Source of the DNA: Maribacter sp. 2210JD10-5
Lineage (GTDB): Bacteria > Bacteroidota > Bacteroidia > Flavobacteriales > Flavobacteriaceae
Length of the DNA stretch: 24,000 nt
Direction of reading: 5' to 3'
NCBI RefSeq assembly: GCF_047345745.1
Contig: NZ_JBLFES010000001.1
Location: 1,595,945-1,619,944 of the forward strand
This document shows, piece by piece, positions 1-8,452 of the stretch (within the stretch, counting starts at the first letter, position 1; every line of letters begins with the position of its first letter). The notes under the pieces were generated by a model. The model did not search any database. It had not been told where the DNA came from and saw only the letters and a list, made by a program, of their open reading frames with translations. The position numbers and the translations under genes were made by a program.

Positions 1-32
1 TTCGATAAAATTCAAGGGCTGCTTTTACAGCA

Positions 33-791
33 CTATTTTTTGGTTATTCCAATGCTATTGAACGTGTTGGAGTTCAGCAAATCCATTGAATTTCCAAGGG
101 TATCCAATACTTCTAGCCGTGCGTTATCGGAATCGTCAACGTGAAGTTTAATACGCATCCGGCTTTTGGAATCATAAAGGAAGAGGCCTATATCACCGTT
201 TTCCTCCCTGCCTAAAAACATTCGGTATTTGTTGATGTTTTCATCAATATATTTTTTGAATTTTAGGTATTCTTCCCTTTTACGTTTCTCGTCAAAAGAC
301 TGTGTTTTTTCAGCGAAATCCGCATATAGTTTTTCAACACGTACGGAGTCTGCCCGTTCCCTGAAAAACATACCGTACCATCGCTTCCAGCTATCGCCGT
401 CTTTGTATTCGTCTTTCATGATGGCCATAATCTGGTCATTCTTTTGCTGGTCAAATGTTATTCCCGCGATATTTTCAGTATCGGTACCATCATAATAGAT
501 GCCACCAACCTCGTCTCCAACCCTGTTGAAAAAAATGATGCCCGGCAGATCTCTTTCGGAATCGGGATCGTTCACAACTCCGTTGGTTGTGGCCAAAGCC
601 TGTCGCTCGGGATTGCTTAAAACCATGTAATGATTCTTGTCGGAACCTACCACATTCAATCGTTCCACGGTAAGTTCTGGAATGAAATTGATTTTCGGGG
701 TTATTACATCCCTATACACGATATACAACAGCATTAGGAACAGTACCGTCGAGTTCAAGATTTTCAAATATGTTATTTTCGTTTTTTTCAT
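33..791 (-). CDS. hypothetical membrane-anchored protein, no recognisable domain
   Basis: 252-aa ORF. The N-terminus MKKTKITYLKILNSTVLFLMLLYIVY is a basic stretch followed by one hydrophobic helix. The rest is charged and soluble-looking, with no motif I can assign. Copy 1 of the GAYTTTTTGACAAR element lies upstream at 919-932. Confidence 0.55.
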   Translation of the reverse strand: MKKTKITYLKILNSTVLFLMLLYIVYRDVITPKINFIPELTVERLNVVGSDKNHYMVLSNPERQALATTNGVVNDPDSERDLPGIIFFNRVGDEVGGIYYDGTDTENIAGITFDQQKNDQIMAIMKDEYKDGDSWKRWYGMFFRERADSVRVEKLYADFAEKTQSFDEKRKREEYLKFKKYIDENINKYRMFLGREENGDIGLFLYDSKSRMRIKLHVDDSDNARLEVLDTLGNSMDLLNSNTFNSIGITKK

Positions 792-918
792 TTCAAACTG
801 AGTATTTCATAAAGCTGTTACTGGCTTTCATAGGATACAATCAAATGATATCGATGTTTTCCCTTACTAAAGTCATGTTGCCAAGTGGCTTAAATCTATT
901 ACGGTAGCAAACAATTCG

Positions 919-932
919 TTTGTCAAAAAATC
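919..932 (-). promoter_or_regulatory. copy 1 of 14-bp upstream element (GATTTTTTGACAAA read on minus strand)
   Basis: Intergenic, 128 nt upstream of the ORF 33-791 start. Preceded by an A-tract (aaaaaatt). Followed 25 nt after the G of TTTTTG by TAGATTTA (891-898), which resembles the Bacteroidetes -7 box TAnnTTTG. Confidence 0.55.
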
Positions 933-1076
933 AATTTTTTCCCGACAGTACAAGTTCAACCTGTTTTATATGTTTATAAATCGATTCAGGTGAGTGTTCG
1001 GAAATCTCGGGCTAAGAAAATTTATATGTTGTGCTATTCTTCTTTTGGGTTTTTCTAACACGGCCATAATAAAAAA

Positions 1077-1090
1077 GACTTTTTGACAAA
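1077..1090 (+). promoter_or_regulatory. copy 2 of 14-bp upstream element (GACTTTTTGACAAA)
   Basis: Intergenic, 54 nt upstream of ATG 1144. Preceded by AAAAAA. Followed 26 nt after the G of TTTTTG by TATCTTGT (1112-1119). Divergent with respect to copy 1. Confidence 0.6.
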
Positions 1091-1143
1091 CAGTATTTAC
1101 GTATCTGAACCTATCTTGTCAGTTATGTGAATATTTTCCGAGG

Positions 1144-2331
1144 ATGAAAACTATAATTTCAATTATACTAAGCTTGACTTTGGTTTCTTGCAAAACCGAA
1201 TCAAAAAAGACAAATCATCAAGAGGGGCAAATTTTGAAACCTAATTCTTTAAGAATTGCCCAAATAGATAGCCTCATAAGAGGTTTGATAACCGAGAAAA
1301 AATCGGCAGGGGCCATTTTAGGAATTCAAGTTACCGATAATCACCCTGTAATAAAGACCTACGGTTTTGCAGATATTTCAATGAAGAAGGAAGTCGATAA
1401 GAACCATCAATTCAGGATAGCATCCATTACCAAGCCATTCACCGCTGTGGCGATTCTTAAGTTGGTTGAAGACAAAAAACTGGCTTTGGAAGATACCCTC
1501 GATAAATTCTTTCCGAACTTTCCTAACGGCAATGAAATAACTGTTTATCAGTTATTATCGCACACTTCTGGAATTCCCAACTGGTACGAGGCAAAAATGC
1601 CGAAAGAGACCCCTCCTGATTTTCCAATGTGTTTTTCCCGACAAAAGTTTATATCCAAAATGTCGCCGTCATCCTTGTTTCCACCGGGTACATTGTACAG
1701 TTATTCGAATACTGGCTATGTGCTTTTAGGAGAAATCATCGAGATGGTCTCGGGAATAACCTATGAAAATTATTTACAAGAAGCCATTTTTGAACCTTCA
1801 GGTATGACCGATACCGAAATGGAACGAGAGGGGAATGAATCCGAACAGTGGGTGATGGGATATGGTTACGATAGCACATTAGAGAATCCGTTCATACAAC
1901 CCGAACAATATGCGATGCCGTTCTCTGCCGGTGGCCTTCGGTCAACGGCAATCGATTTATTGCGATTTATAGAAGCATTGAACGATGATAAGATAATAAC
2001 AAAGGGACTAAGAAATAGCGCCATGTCTTATGCTAAGGTGAAAGATGGCAATGATGTGGACGAGGATAGATTTTATTTCCCCGAAGACTTCAAACGACCG
2101 GATCCGCCAAGTTGGATGCAGAAGTACGGATATGGATTGGGATTTGAAGTGATGCAAATCCATAACACCGAGGTCGTGTCGCATGGTGGTAGCATCGCAG
2201 GGTTCAGAACACTATTGATGTATATTCCCGAAAGTAGCGCCACGATGATACTTATGACCAATACTGGCAATCCGGGAGGATATTCGGATATTACAGTGGA
2301 TTTACAACGTCTTGTTACTGAATTGGAATAG
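1144..2331 (+). CDS. serine hydrolase of the class-C beta-lactamase/PBP family, lipoprotein
   Basis: 395 aa. Lipoprotein signal MKTIISIILSLTLVSC. Motifs: SxxK (ASITKPF), YxN (YSNTGY), and HGG in the KTG position (SHGGSIAGF). Confidence 0.85.
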   Translation: MKTIISIILSLTLVSCKTESKKTNHQEGQILKPNSLRIAQIDSLIRGLITEKKSAGAILGIQVTDNHPVIKTYGFADISMKKEVDKNHQFRIASITKPFTAVAILKLVEDKKLALEDTLDKFFPNFPNGNEITVYQLLSHTSGIPNWYEAKMPKETPPDFPMCFSRQKFISKMSPSSLFPPGTLYSYSNTGYVLLGEIIEMVSGITYENYLQEAIFEPSGMTDTEMEREGNESEQWVMGYGYDSTLENPFIQPEQYAMPFSAGGLRSTAIDLLRFIEALNDDKIITKGLRNSAMSYAKVKDGNDVDEDRFYFPEDFKRPDPPSWMQKYGYGLGFEVMQIHNTEVVSHGGSIAGFRTLLMYIPESSATMILMTNTGNPGGYSDITVDLQRLVTELE

Positions 2332-2342
2332 CACAAAAAACT

Positions 2343-3284
2343 TTGCCATATCCTCAGTCGAAAAACTTGAAGACTTCGGAACAAGCGGGGCTATCGAACC
2401 AATTAAAGGTAATCCATTCTTTGAGGAAAGCAATCCATATTAAAAACACCGCGCTAGGGAAAATCGAATATTCGATTCAGGGAAATGGGCAACCTATCCT
2501 ATTCTTGCATGGTGGCCATTCAAATTGTAAAGAGTTTTTAATTCACAAGGGATTTGATCCAAAGGACTTCTGTTTAATAACCCCTTCACGACCTGGTTAT
2601 GGAAATACGCCTCTTAAAGATAACTGTACTCCGAAAAGAGCCGCCGATTTGATGATAGCATTGCTCGATGAGTTACAATTGGATAGGGTAGTGGTCTATG
2701 CCGTTTCCGCTGCCGGTCCTACCGCTATCGCTTTGGCAGCAAACTATCCCGAAAGGGTTTTAAAGTTAGTTTTGGCTTCGGCCGTCACCAAAAAGTGGCT
2801 CAGTAAGAATGAACTGACCTACAAGATGGCCCAGTGGCTTTTTCACCCAAATTTACAAGGAATGACTTGGGGAATGATTCGGTTCTTTTCACGCTTGATG
2901 CCAAATACAATCGCAAAAAGCTTTTACCAACAGTTTACAAAGAACAAAGCCCACAAAATTTCAAAAGACGAGGTATCGGAATTATTGGCGACCCTAAGAC
3001 ACTATCGTTCCCAAAAAGGATTTCTATGTGATATCGACCACATCATAGAAAGTGTTGTTCTTTCGGAGATAAAAGCCCCCACCCTGATAATTCATAGCGA
3101 AAATGACAAAAGCGTTTCTTTCGATCATGCCCTTCATGCCCATAGGATGATTGGCAATGCCAGGCTTATTAAATTGAACAATGAATGGGGTCATTTGATT
3201 TGGATAGGGCAGGACTCGAGAAACAGCATTAAAGAAACGATTGATTTCATAAAAACAATAGCTCAAGACAGGTTCAATAAATAG
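2343..3284 (+). CDS. alpha/beta-fold hydrolase
   Basis: 313-aa ORF. Oxyanion HGG (ILFLHGGHSN). Nucleophile elbow AVSAAG, where Ser is kept but the flanking Gly residues are Ala. Acid in HSENDKSV and His in EWGHLIW. There is no in-frame ATG before the conserved core, so the start must be TTG (2343, 2367 or 2421). The 5' end is uncertain. It lies 11 nt after the upstream hydrolase stop, so co-transcription is likely. Confidence 0.8.
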   Translation: MPYPQSKNLKTSEQAGLSNQLKVIHSLRKAIHIKNTALGKIEYSIQGNGQPILFLHGGHSNCKEFLIHKGFDPKDFCLITPSRPGYGNTPLKDNCTPKRAADLMIALLDELQLDRVVVYAVSAAGPTAIALAANYPERVLKLVLASAVTKKWLSKNELTYKMAQWLFHPNLQGMTWGMIRFFSRLMPNTIAKSFYQQFTKNKAHKISKDEVSELLATLRHYRSQKGFLCDIDHIIESVVLSEIKAPTLIIHSENDKSVSFDHALHAHRMIGNARLIKLNNEWGHLIWIGQDSRNSIKETIDFIKTIAQDRFNK

Positions 3285-3315
3285 AAGGAGAGAAATAACT
3301 CGAAAGACAAAAATC

Positions 3316-4170
3316 CTATTCAAAAGTATAGTCTTGACTATTGAACTCACTTAAGGCGAAATATCCGTATGGATAATTTTCCGGATTTGTAGAGTTATTA
3401 CAGTTTCCTTTGACATTTACAGGAGGAATTACGAATGGGCCACCTTCGTCATCTTGGTCTTCAAGAATGTCAAGATAGTTATAAAACGCCTCGGAAATTC
3501 CGTAAAGAGTCACTTCAAATTGGTCGTCTTTAGAAAAATCATCTTCATCCTCTTCTTCGTAGAAATTTAAAATTTGATTACCATCTTGGAACTCATCACT
3601 AAAAACGAAGTTTTCAAAAATAATGGAAACTATCGCTCCCTCAGCTCTTCTGGTTCTACGGTAGTTTACCCTGTAGTAGTTTTCTACATTTTCCATATCT
3701 GTAAAAAAAACACTTATTTCGGGATTATCTTGGCTAAAGCCTTTGTCGGTACTCTGGTTCACCTCGTCGATTTCAGGTGCCGCTATTAATTGTTCAGAAG
3801 CCGTATAGGTTTCCCCGTCGTAGACCACAGTCAGGGTATATGACTCCCCGATTTCGGGCACAAAAGAGTCGGTGAAATAGTCTCCATCATTGGCCTCTTC
3901 AAAGGCAAATACATTTCCTTCAGAGTTTTCAACCCTAACGGTAGCACCGATAGCAGGGGTCAACCGACCCTCATAAAAGGGGGCCACTTTTTTTAACCTA
4001 ATCCGTTGTTCTTGACCGGACGTTCCTTTCTCCCATTTTATAAGACCTTCAATGACCAATCGCTCTTTGGAAGAATCTAGATCAAGCTCGACGGTTTCTT
4101 CACAAGAAGTAGCATGCGTAAGAATAAAGGATAGTAAAAGATATAAAAGTAATCGTGCTAAATTTGTCAT
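3316..4170 (-). CDS. DUF4249-family lipoprotein (partner of the upstream TonB-dependent receptor)
   Basis: 284 aa. Lipobox LTHATSC followed by the acidic stretch EETVELDLD. Its start is 2 nt after the receptor stop. This pairing with a CarboxypepD_reg-type receptor is typical for DUF4249, as recalled from family knowledge. Confidence 0.7.
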   Translation of the reverse strand: MTNLARLLLYLLLSFILTHATSCEETVELDLDSSKERLVIEGLIKWEKGTSGQEQRIRLKKVAPFYEGRLTPAIGATVRVENSEGNVFAFEEANDGDYFTDSFVPEIGESYTLTVVYDGETYTASEQLIAAPEIDEVNQSTDKGFSQDNPEISVFFTDMENVENYYRVNYRRTRRAEGAIVSIIFENFVFSDEFQDGNQILNFYEEEDEDDFSKDDQFEVTLYGISEAFYNYLDILEDQDDEGGPFVIPPVNVKGNCNNSTNPENYPYGYFALSEFNSQDYTFE

Positions 4171-4172
4171 GC

Positions 4173-6569
4173 TTAAAATTTGAAATTATAGGTTACGGTA
4201 GGCATTATTCCGAAAATCCATGTTTTAATGGCTTCGTTTCGGTATATGGGTTCTTCATCGAGCGTAATCTGGCTGTTTCTAAACGAAATACTGGCAGCAT
4301 TTTTTCTACCGTATAGGTTATAAAGCCCGAATACCCATTCGCCCTTCCATTTTCTGTTATCGTTACTTTTTGGGGTTAAAGTGGCAGATACATCTATCCT
4401 ATGGTATGTGGGTAATCTTTGTTCATTTCTTCCCGTAAAAACGGGAACGAAGTATCCGTCAAAATCGTAGTAGCCCGAGGCATAGTTGGTAGGCCTTCCA
4501 GTCTGGAATATGAAATTGGACCCAAAGCTCCATTTATCGTTTAACACGTAATTACCAGTCAAAGAAATATCATGGGTTCTGTCATATGCGGTGTTATACC
4601 AATCGCCGTTGTTAATGCCAATTTCTTCGTCAGTTCTTCCTCTTACCCGTTGTTCAGACTTGCTCAATGTATAGCTTAGCCACCCTGTAAGACGTCCTGT
4701 ATTTTTTTTGAGTAAGAGTTCAAGACCGTAGGCACGCGATTCGCCGGGCAATATTTCGGTCTCGATATTATTGTTGGCTATTAAATCAGCCCCATCGATA
4801 TAGTCTAAACGATTATCGACAGTTTTGTAATAGCCTTCGATTTCCATAGTAAATTTATCGTCTTTAAAGTTTTTGAAATACCCTACACCATATTGGTCGG
4901 ACCGTTGTGGTTCTATGAATTTTCCACTAGGGGCCCAAACATCCAAAGGGGTTGCTGCGCTTGTGTTGGATATAAGATGTATATACTGGTTCGTGCGCTG
5001 GTAGCTTGCTTTTACGGAAGAAGCGTTATCGAATACATAGGAAAGGGACAAGCGGGGTTCTAAATTGAAGAATGATTCAATGATTTCTCCGTCATCGAAT
5101 GCCTGTTCCCCATTAGGCTTCGCACTTCGGTAAATATCAAAGCGAGAATCATAGATGACCGCTCTTTCGTTGGCGTATGTGTTGAGCATTTGGCCACCCA
5201 ACCGGGCAAAAGATGATAGCCTAATCCCATATTGAATGGATAGGTTGGCCGCTAAATCCTGTTCCGCCCCGATATATAAGCTAGGTTCCAAAGCATATTT
5301 TTCATCCAGTTTTGCATCATTTATCCTTGAATTCTCCCCAGTAGACGTTACCTCTCCGGGATTGAAATTGAAATATCCGGCGCTTAGTCCAAAATTCAAC
5401 TTTAGATTATTATTCAGATAATAGCGAAAATCGTATTTCAGGTCAAAGTTGGTGATTCCCGAATCCAGTTCAAGGCCATTTGATGAAAAGGATAGACCAT
5501 AATCATAACTACTATAAATCAAGGATAAATTGGAGAACAATCGGGTTCCGAACAGATGATTCCATCGCAGATTAAAAGAGGTATTGCCATAACTATTTTT
5601 GAAATCCTCGGCGATGGTTAGGTTGTCCTTGCCAAAATATCCCGAGAGAAAAAGCTTGTTTTTACTATCCAGTTCATAGGAAAGCTTAGTGTTCAAATCG
5701 TAGAACGATGCCCTATTGGGCTCATCTGCCAACATTAAAAAGAGATTGGCATATGAGGTTCTACCGGCCACAAGAAAAGAACTCTTGTCTTTTTGCAATG
5801 GGCCTTCGACCATGAGTCTGCTTGAAATCAACCCGATACCCCCGTTCAGATGTAACTCTTTAGTGTTACCGTCCTTTTGGCGTACATCCAAGACCGACGA
5901 AATCCTACCCCCGAACCTTGCCGGAATACCCCCTTTGTACAACTTTATATCCTTGACCGCATCAGCGTTGAAGACTGAAAAGAAACCGAATAAATGTGAG
6001 GTGTTGTAAATAGTGGCTTCATCAAGAAGTACAAGGTTTTGATCGGCCGCACCGCCCCGAACATGAAACCCAGTAGAGCCTTCATTGGCATTATTGACTC
6101 CGGGCAATAAGGTTATGGTCTTCAGCAAATCGATTTCCCCAAAAACTACTGGAGCTTGCTTTATGGCTTTTGCGCTTAGCTTATTTACGCTCATTTGCGG
6201 AACCTTTATTTGGGATTTCGTATCATTGTCATCTGCCAAAACCACAACTTCGTCCAATTCCGTAGCTACCTCTTCCAGCTCTATATTTAGAGTAAGGTCT
6301 TCATTGAGTTCAACCTCTTTTTCATAGGTGTTGAATCCCATATAACTGAATAGCAATTTGTAGCTGCCGTGGGGTAAGGTGATGCTGTAGAAACCATATT
6401 CATTGGTAATGACTCCTCGGTTTTCGTTGTATACGGTGACGTTTACGCCAAAGAGTGTCTCCCCACTGGAACTATCGGTCAATTTTCCACTGATAGTACT
6501 TTCTTGGGCATAATTGTAGAAATTTCCAAGACACAGGAGAATAAGCATACCAAAAATCTGTCTTTTCAT
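4173..6569 (-). CDS. TonB-dependent receptor with N-terminal carboxypeptidase-D-regulatory-like domain
   Basis: 798 aa. Signal peptide ending NYAQE. CarboxypepD_reg-like segment (ISGKLTDSSSGETLFGVNVTV...GFYSITLPHGSYKLLFSYMGF). Then a plug-like region and a long beta-barrel ending in the aromatic C-terminus TYNFKF. Confidence 0.9.
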   Translation of the reverse strand: MKRQIFGMLILLCLGNFYNYAQESTISGKLTDSSSGETLFGVNVTVYNENRGVITNEYGFYSITLPHGSYKLLFSYMGFNTYEKEVELNEDLTLNIELEEVATELDEVVVLADDNDTKSQIKVPQMSVNKLSAKAIKQAPVVFGEIDLLKTITLLPGVNNANEGSTGFHVRGGAADQNLVLLDEATIYNTSHLFGFFSVFNADAVKDIKLYKGGIPARFGGRISSVLDVRQKDGNTKELHLNGGIGLISSRLMVEGPLQKDKSSFLVAGRTSYANLFLMLADEPNRASFYDLNTKLSYELDSKNKLFLSGYFGKDNLTIAEDFKNSYGNTSFNLRWNHLFGTRLFSNLSLIYSSYDYGLSFSSNGLELDSGITNFDLKYDFRYYLNNNLKLNFGLSAGYFNFNPGEVTSTGENSRINDAKLDEKYALEPSLYIGAEQDLAANLSIQYGIRLSSFARLGGQMLNTYANERAVIYDSRFDIYRSAKPNGEQAFDDGEIIESFFNLEPRLSLSYVFDNASSVKASYQRTNQYIHLISNTSAATPLDVWAPSGKFIEPQRSDQYGVGYFKNFKDDKFTMEIEGYYKTVDNRLDYIDGADLIANNNIETEILPGESRAYGLELLLKKNTGRLTGWLSYTLSKSEQRVRGRTDEEIGINNGDWYNTAYDRTHDISLTGNYVLNDKWSFGSNFIFQTGRPTNYASGYYDFDGYFVPVFTGRNEQRLPTYHRIDVSATLTPKSNDNRKWKGEWVFGLYNLYGRKNAASISFRNSQITLDEEPIYRNEAIKTWIFGIMPTVTYNFKF

Positions 6570-6623
6570 ATAGCATTTGCGTAATTATCGTAGTCGCTAG
6601 GACCTAAATCTTTAAAACAGCTG

Positions 6624-6631
6624 CAAAGCTA
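6624..6631 (-). promoter_or_regulatory. -7 promoter box TAGCTTTG (perfect TAnnTTTG) for the TonB receptor operon
   Basis: The minus strand reads TAGCTTTG, 55 nt upstream of the start at 6569 and 25 nt downstream of element copy 3. Confidence 0.5.
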
Positions 6632-6651
6632 TTTGACAGTAGGGTGGATGA

Positions 6652-6665
6652 CTTGTCAAAAAGTC
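6652..6665 (-). promoter_or_regulatory. copy 3 of 14-bp upstream element (GACTTTTTGACAAG read on minus strand)
   Basis: Intergenic, between the DinB stop (6690) and the receptor start (6569). Preceded by AAAAAA. The 19 nt aaaaaagactttttgacaa are identical to copy 2. Confidence 0.6.
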
Positions 6666-6689
6666 TTTTTTAGGTGGAAGTATATTATA

Positions 6690-7274
6690 CTATGTGAAGT
6701 CTAAATGTTGTGCTCCCTCGCCGGTCAAGTTTTTTTTCATGGTATTGGAAGCCTGCACGAGATGCCTTTCATTATGGTAAATAACTACCCTGAATATATC
6801 GCCCAATTTTAATTTAAGCCATTTGGCAATGCTTACAGGAACTCTGGCCTTGTTTAGATTAACACGTTTTGCAGATTCCAACAACTGCAATAATTTTTGT
6901 TGTTGAATAATGAATTCCTGTAGGATGTCCTTTGTCAATTTTTCCTCCGATGGATTTTTGCTTTTGAACGTTTTTATCTTTTTCATCTGCTCGCCTGGTA
7001 ACATGCTCTCGGCAAAACGATTTCCAAGAAATCCACTTTTGAAATTGGTTTCGGCTGAATGTTTACTCTTTAGAATGCTTTTTTCTATTTCAGGTAGGTA
7101 AAAAATACCATATAGGTTAAGATGCTCGATACATTGTAAGGCACTCCAGCTATCTCGATTTTTTCGCCAATTGAGTTCTTCGAGGGAATTTTTACGTAAT
7201 CTTGTCGCAAAATCCAAGTTTTTCTTGGTCAGTGCTATTAAATCGTTCAATAATTCCTCAGATTTCATGGTCAT
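6690..7274 (-). CDS. DinB-superfamily protein
   Basis: 194 aa with no signal peptide. His-containing segments typical of DinB four-helix-bundle metal sites (QCIEHLNLY and VIYHNERHLVQ). Starts 11 nt after the upstream hydrolase stop. Confidence 0.7.
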   Translation of the reverse strand: MTMKSEELLNDLIALTKKNLDFATRLRKNSLEELNWRKNRDSWSALQCIEHLNLYGIFYLPEIEKSILKSKHSAETNFKSGFLGNRFAESMLPGEQMKKIKTFKSKNPSEEKLTKDILQEFIIQQQKLLQLLESAKRVNLNKARVPVSIAKWLKLKLGDIFRVVIYHNERHLVQASNTMKKNLTGEGAQHLDFT

Positions 7275-7285
7275 GTTCTTTGTAT

Positions 7286-8359
7286 TTACAGGTTATCAAG
7301 AATTTCAGGTATGATTTCTTGAAAAAAGACATTGTTGTAGTGCTTCCCGCTGCAATTAGTAAAAACATTTATCGACGTTTTTTTCTTGGGATCATAAAAC
7401 ATAAACGACTGATATTTTAATGTGCTTCCGGCGTGGCCGATATATTCTTTTCCGCGGTAATTTAATTTCATGATGCCGAATCCATAAGAATTGATGCTTC
7501 CATCCCCTATGGGAATTGACATCGGATTCATGGGAATCCAGCTTCTCATTTTTGATATTGTTTCATCTTTTAAGATGTTCTTTTTAACAAAGAACCCTTG
7601 AAGGAATGCGTTGATTTCTTTCGGAGTACCAAATGCACCACCATCGTAGCCATAATTTTCTCGCCAACCGGAGACGTTGGAACTTGCTTTATCATCAGTT
7701 GCATAAAAGGCTTGTAACCCTAGATTCGCATTGCCCAAGTTGAGGTTTGATAGACCGTGGTTTTTAAAAAAATCATTGAAAGCCATAGTATATGGTTTGG
7801 AAAGTACTTTTTCCACGACCCCCTGCAAAATCAGATAGTTCGAATTGCTGTACATGTAACGCCCCCTATTTCTAAGAACTTTTTTTATATAACTGAATTT
7901 TTTGTTAAAATCCTTGGGCCCACCTCCATTGACCACAGCTTCTCTCCAATCCGAATGCGCTGTGTAGTCCGAGAGTCCACTAGTGTGGTTGAGCAAGTTA
8001 CCTATCGTTATACTATTTCCATCATCGATCTCGACCAGTTCTTCAACATAATCGACTGCCATATCTTCCAGATTAAGTTGCCCTTTTTCTATCAATTTGA
8101 AGACTAGAGCTGCCGAAAGAAATTTTGTTGTACTACCTATTCCGTATATAGTTTGTTTTTCCGTATCCGGATGGTGATAGTCCACTTTCAAAACATCATC
8201 TTCAGTCTCAACATAAACAGCCAGCGATGGAATGTTGCCTCTTTTGGCGATTCTGATAATTTTCTTTTCCAAATTAGATAATTGAATGGGTGCCTCTTCT
8301 GCACCCTTTTCGCAAGACGAAAGAAGTATAAGGTTGGCTAAAAGGATGATTAAATGCAT
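7286..8359 (-). CDS. serine hydrolase of the class-C beta-lactamase/PBP family, lipoprotein
   Basis: The ORF extends to 8443. The internal ATG at 8359 gives a clean lipoprotein signal, MHLIILLANLILLSSC. Motifs: SxxK (GSTTKFL), YxN (YSNSNY), HAG (GHAGS). Second member of this family in the window. Confidence 0.85.
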   Translation of the reverse strand: MHLIILLANLILLSSCEKGAEEAPIQLSNLEKKIIRIAKRGNIPSLAVYVETEDDVLKVDYHHPDTEKQTIYGIGSTTKFLSAALVFKLIEKGQLNLEDMAVDYVEELVEIDDGNSITIGNLLNHTSGLSDYTAHSDWREAVVNGGGPKDFNKKFSYIKKVLRNRGRYMYSNSNYLILQGVVEKVLSKPYTMAFNDFFKNHGLSNLNLGNANLGLQAFYATDDKASSNVSGWRENYGYDGGAFGTPKEINAFLQGFFVKKNILKDETISKMRSWIPMNPMSIPIGDGSINSYGFGIMKLNYRGKEYIGHAGSTLKYQSFMFYDPKKKTSINVFTNCSGKHYNNVFFQEIIPEILDNL

Positions 8360-8452
8360 TTTTGAAACTTTTACTTTCTGAAATAATATCTCGTTTAAAG
8401 ATGATATATGTGTTTGTTGATAAAATTGAACCCTCATTATCATGATTTAAAG

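Noticed and set aside
131-140. aatcgtcaac, a 10-nt match (reverse orientation) to the integrase-proximal GTTGACGATT repeat. Considered as a distal arm site marking the other element end.
   Set aside because: It is a single copy inside coding sequence (it encodes VDDSD of ORF 33-791), with no neighbouring repeats. It cannot be distinguished from chance without a genome-wide count.
229-495. 88-aa plus-strand ORF
   Set aside because: It lies entirely antisense to the better-supported 252-aa ORF 33-791. It is low-complexity and Ser/Phe-rich, typical of a shadow ORF.
2073-2384. 103-aa minus-strand ORF
   Set aside because: It is antisense to the 3' end of the serine hydrolase gene, has no motifs, and is a shadow frame. 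The same reasoning applies to 2834-3031, 3024-3350, 3574-3789, 5236-5421, 5716-6009, 6085-6327, 6910-7101, 7202-7420, 7757-8107, 9537-9731, 11634-11879 and 13452-13634.
8360-8443. N-terminal ORF extensions from the track (8443, 12044, 13521, 15444, 15460, 19528, 21620)
   Set aside because: In each case an internal ATG gives a proper signal peptide or matches the paralog or family N-terminus. The extension also starts at TTG/GTG and/or overlaps the upstream gene.
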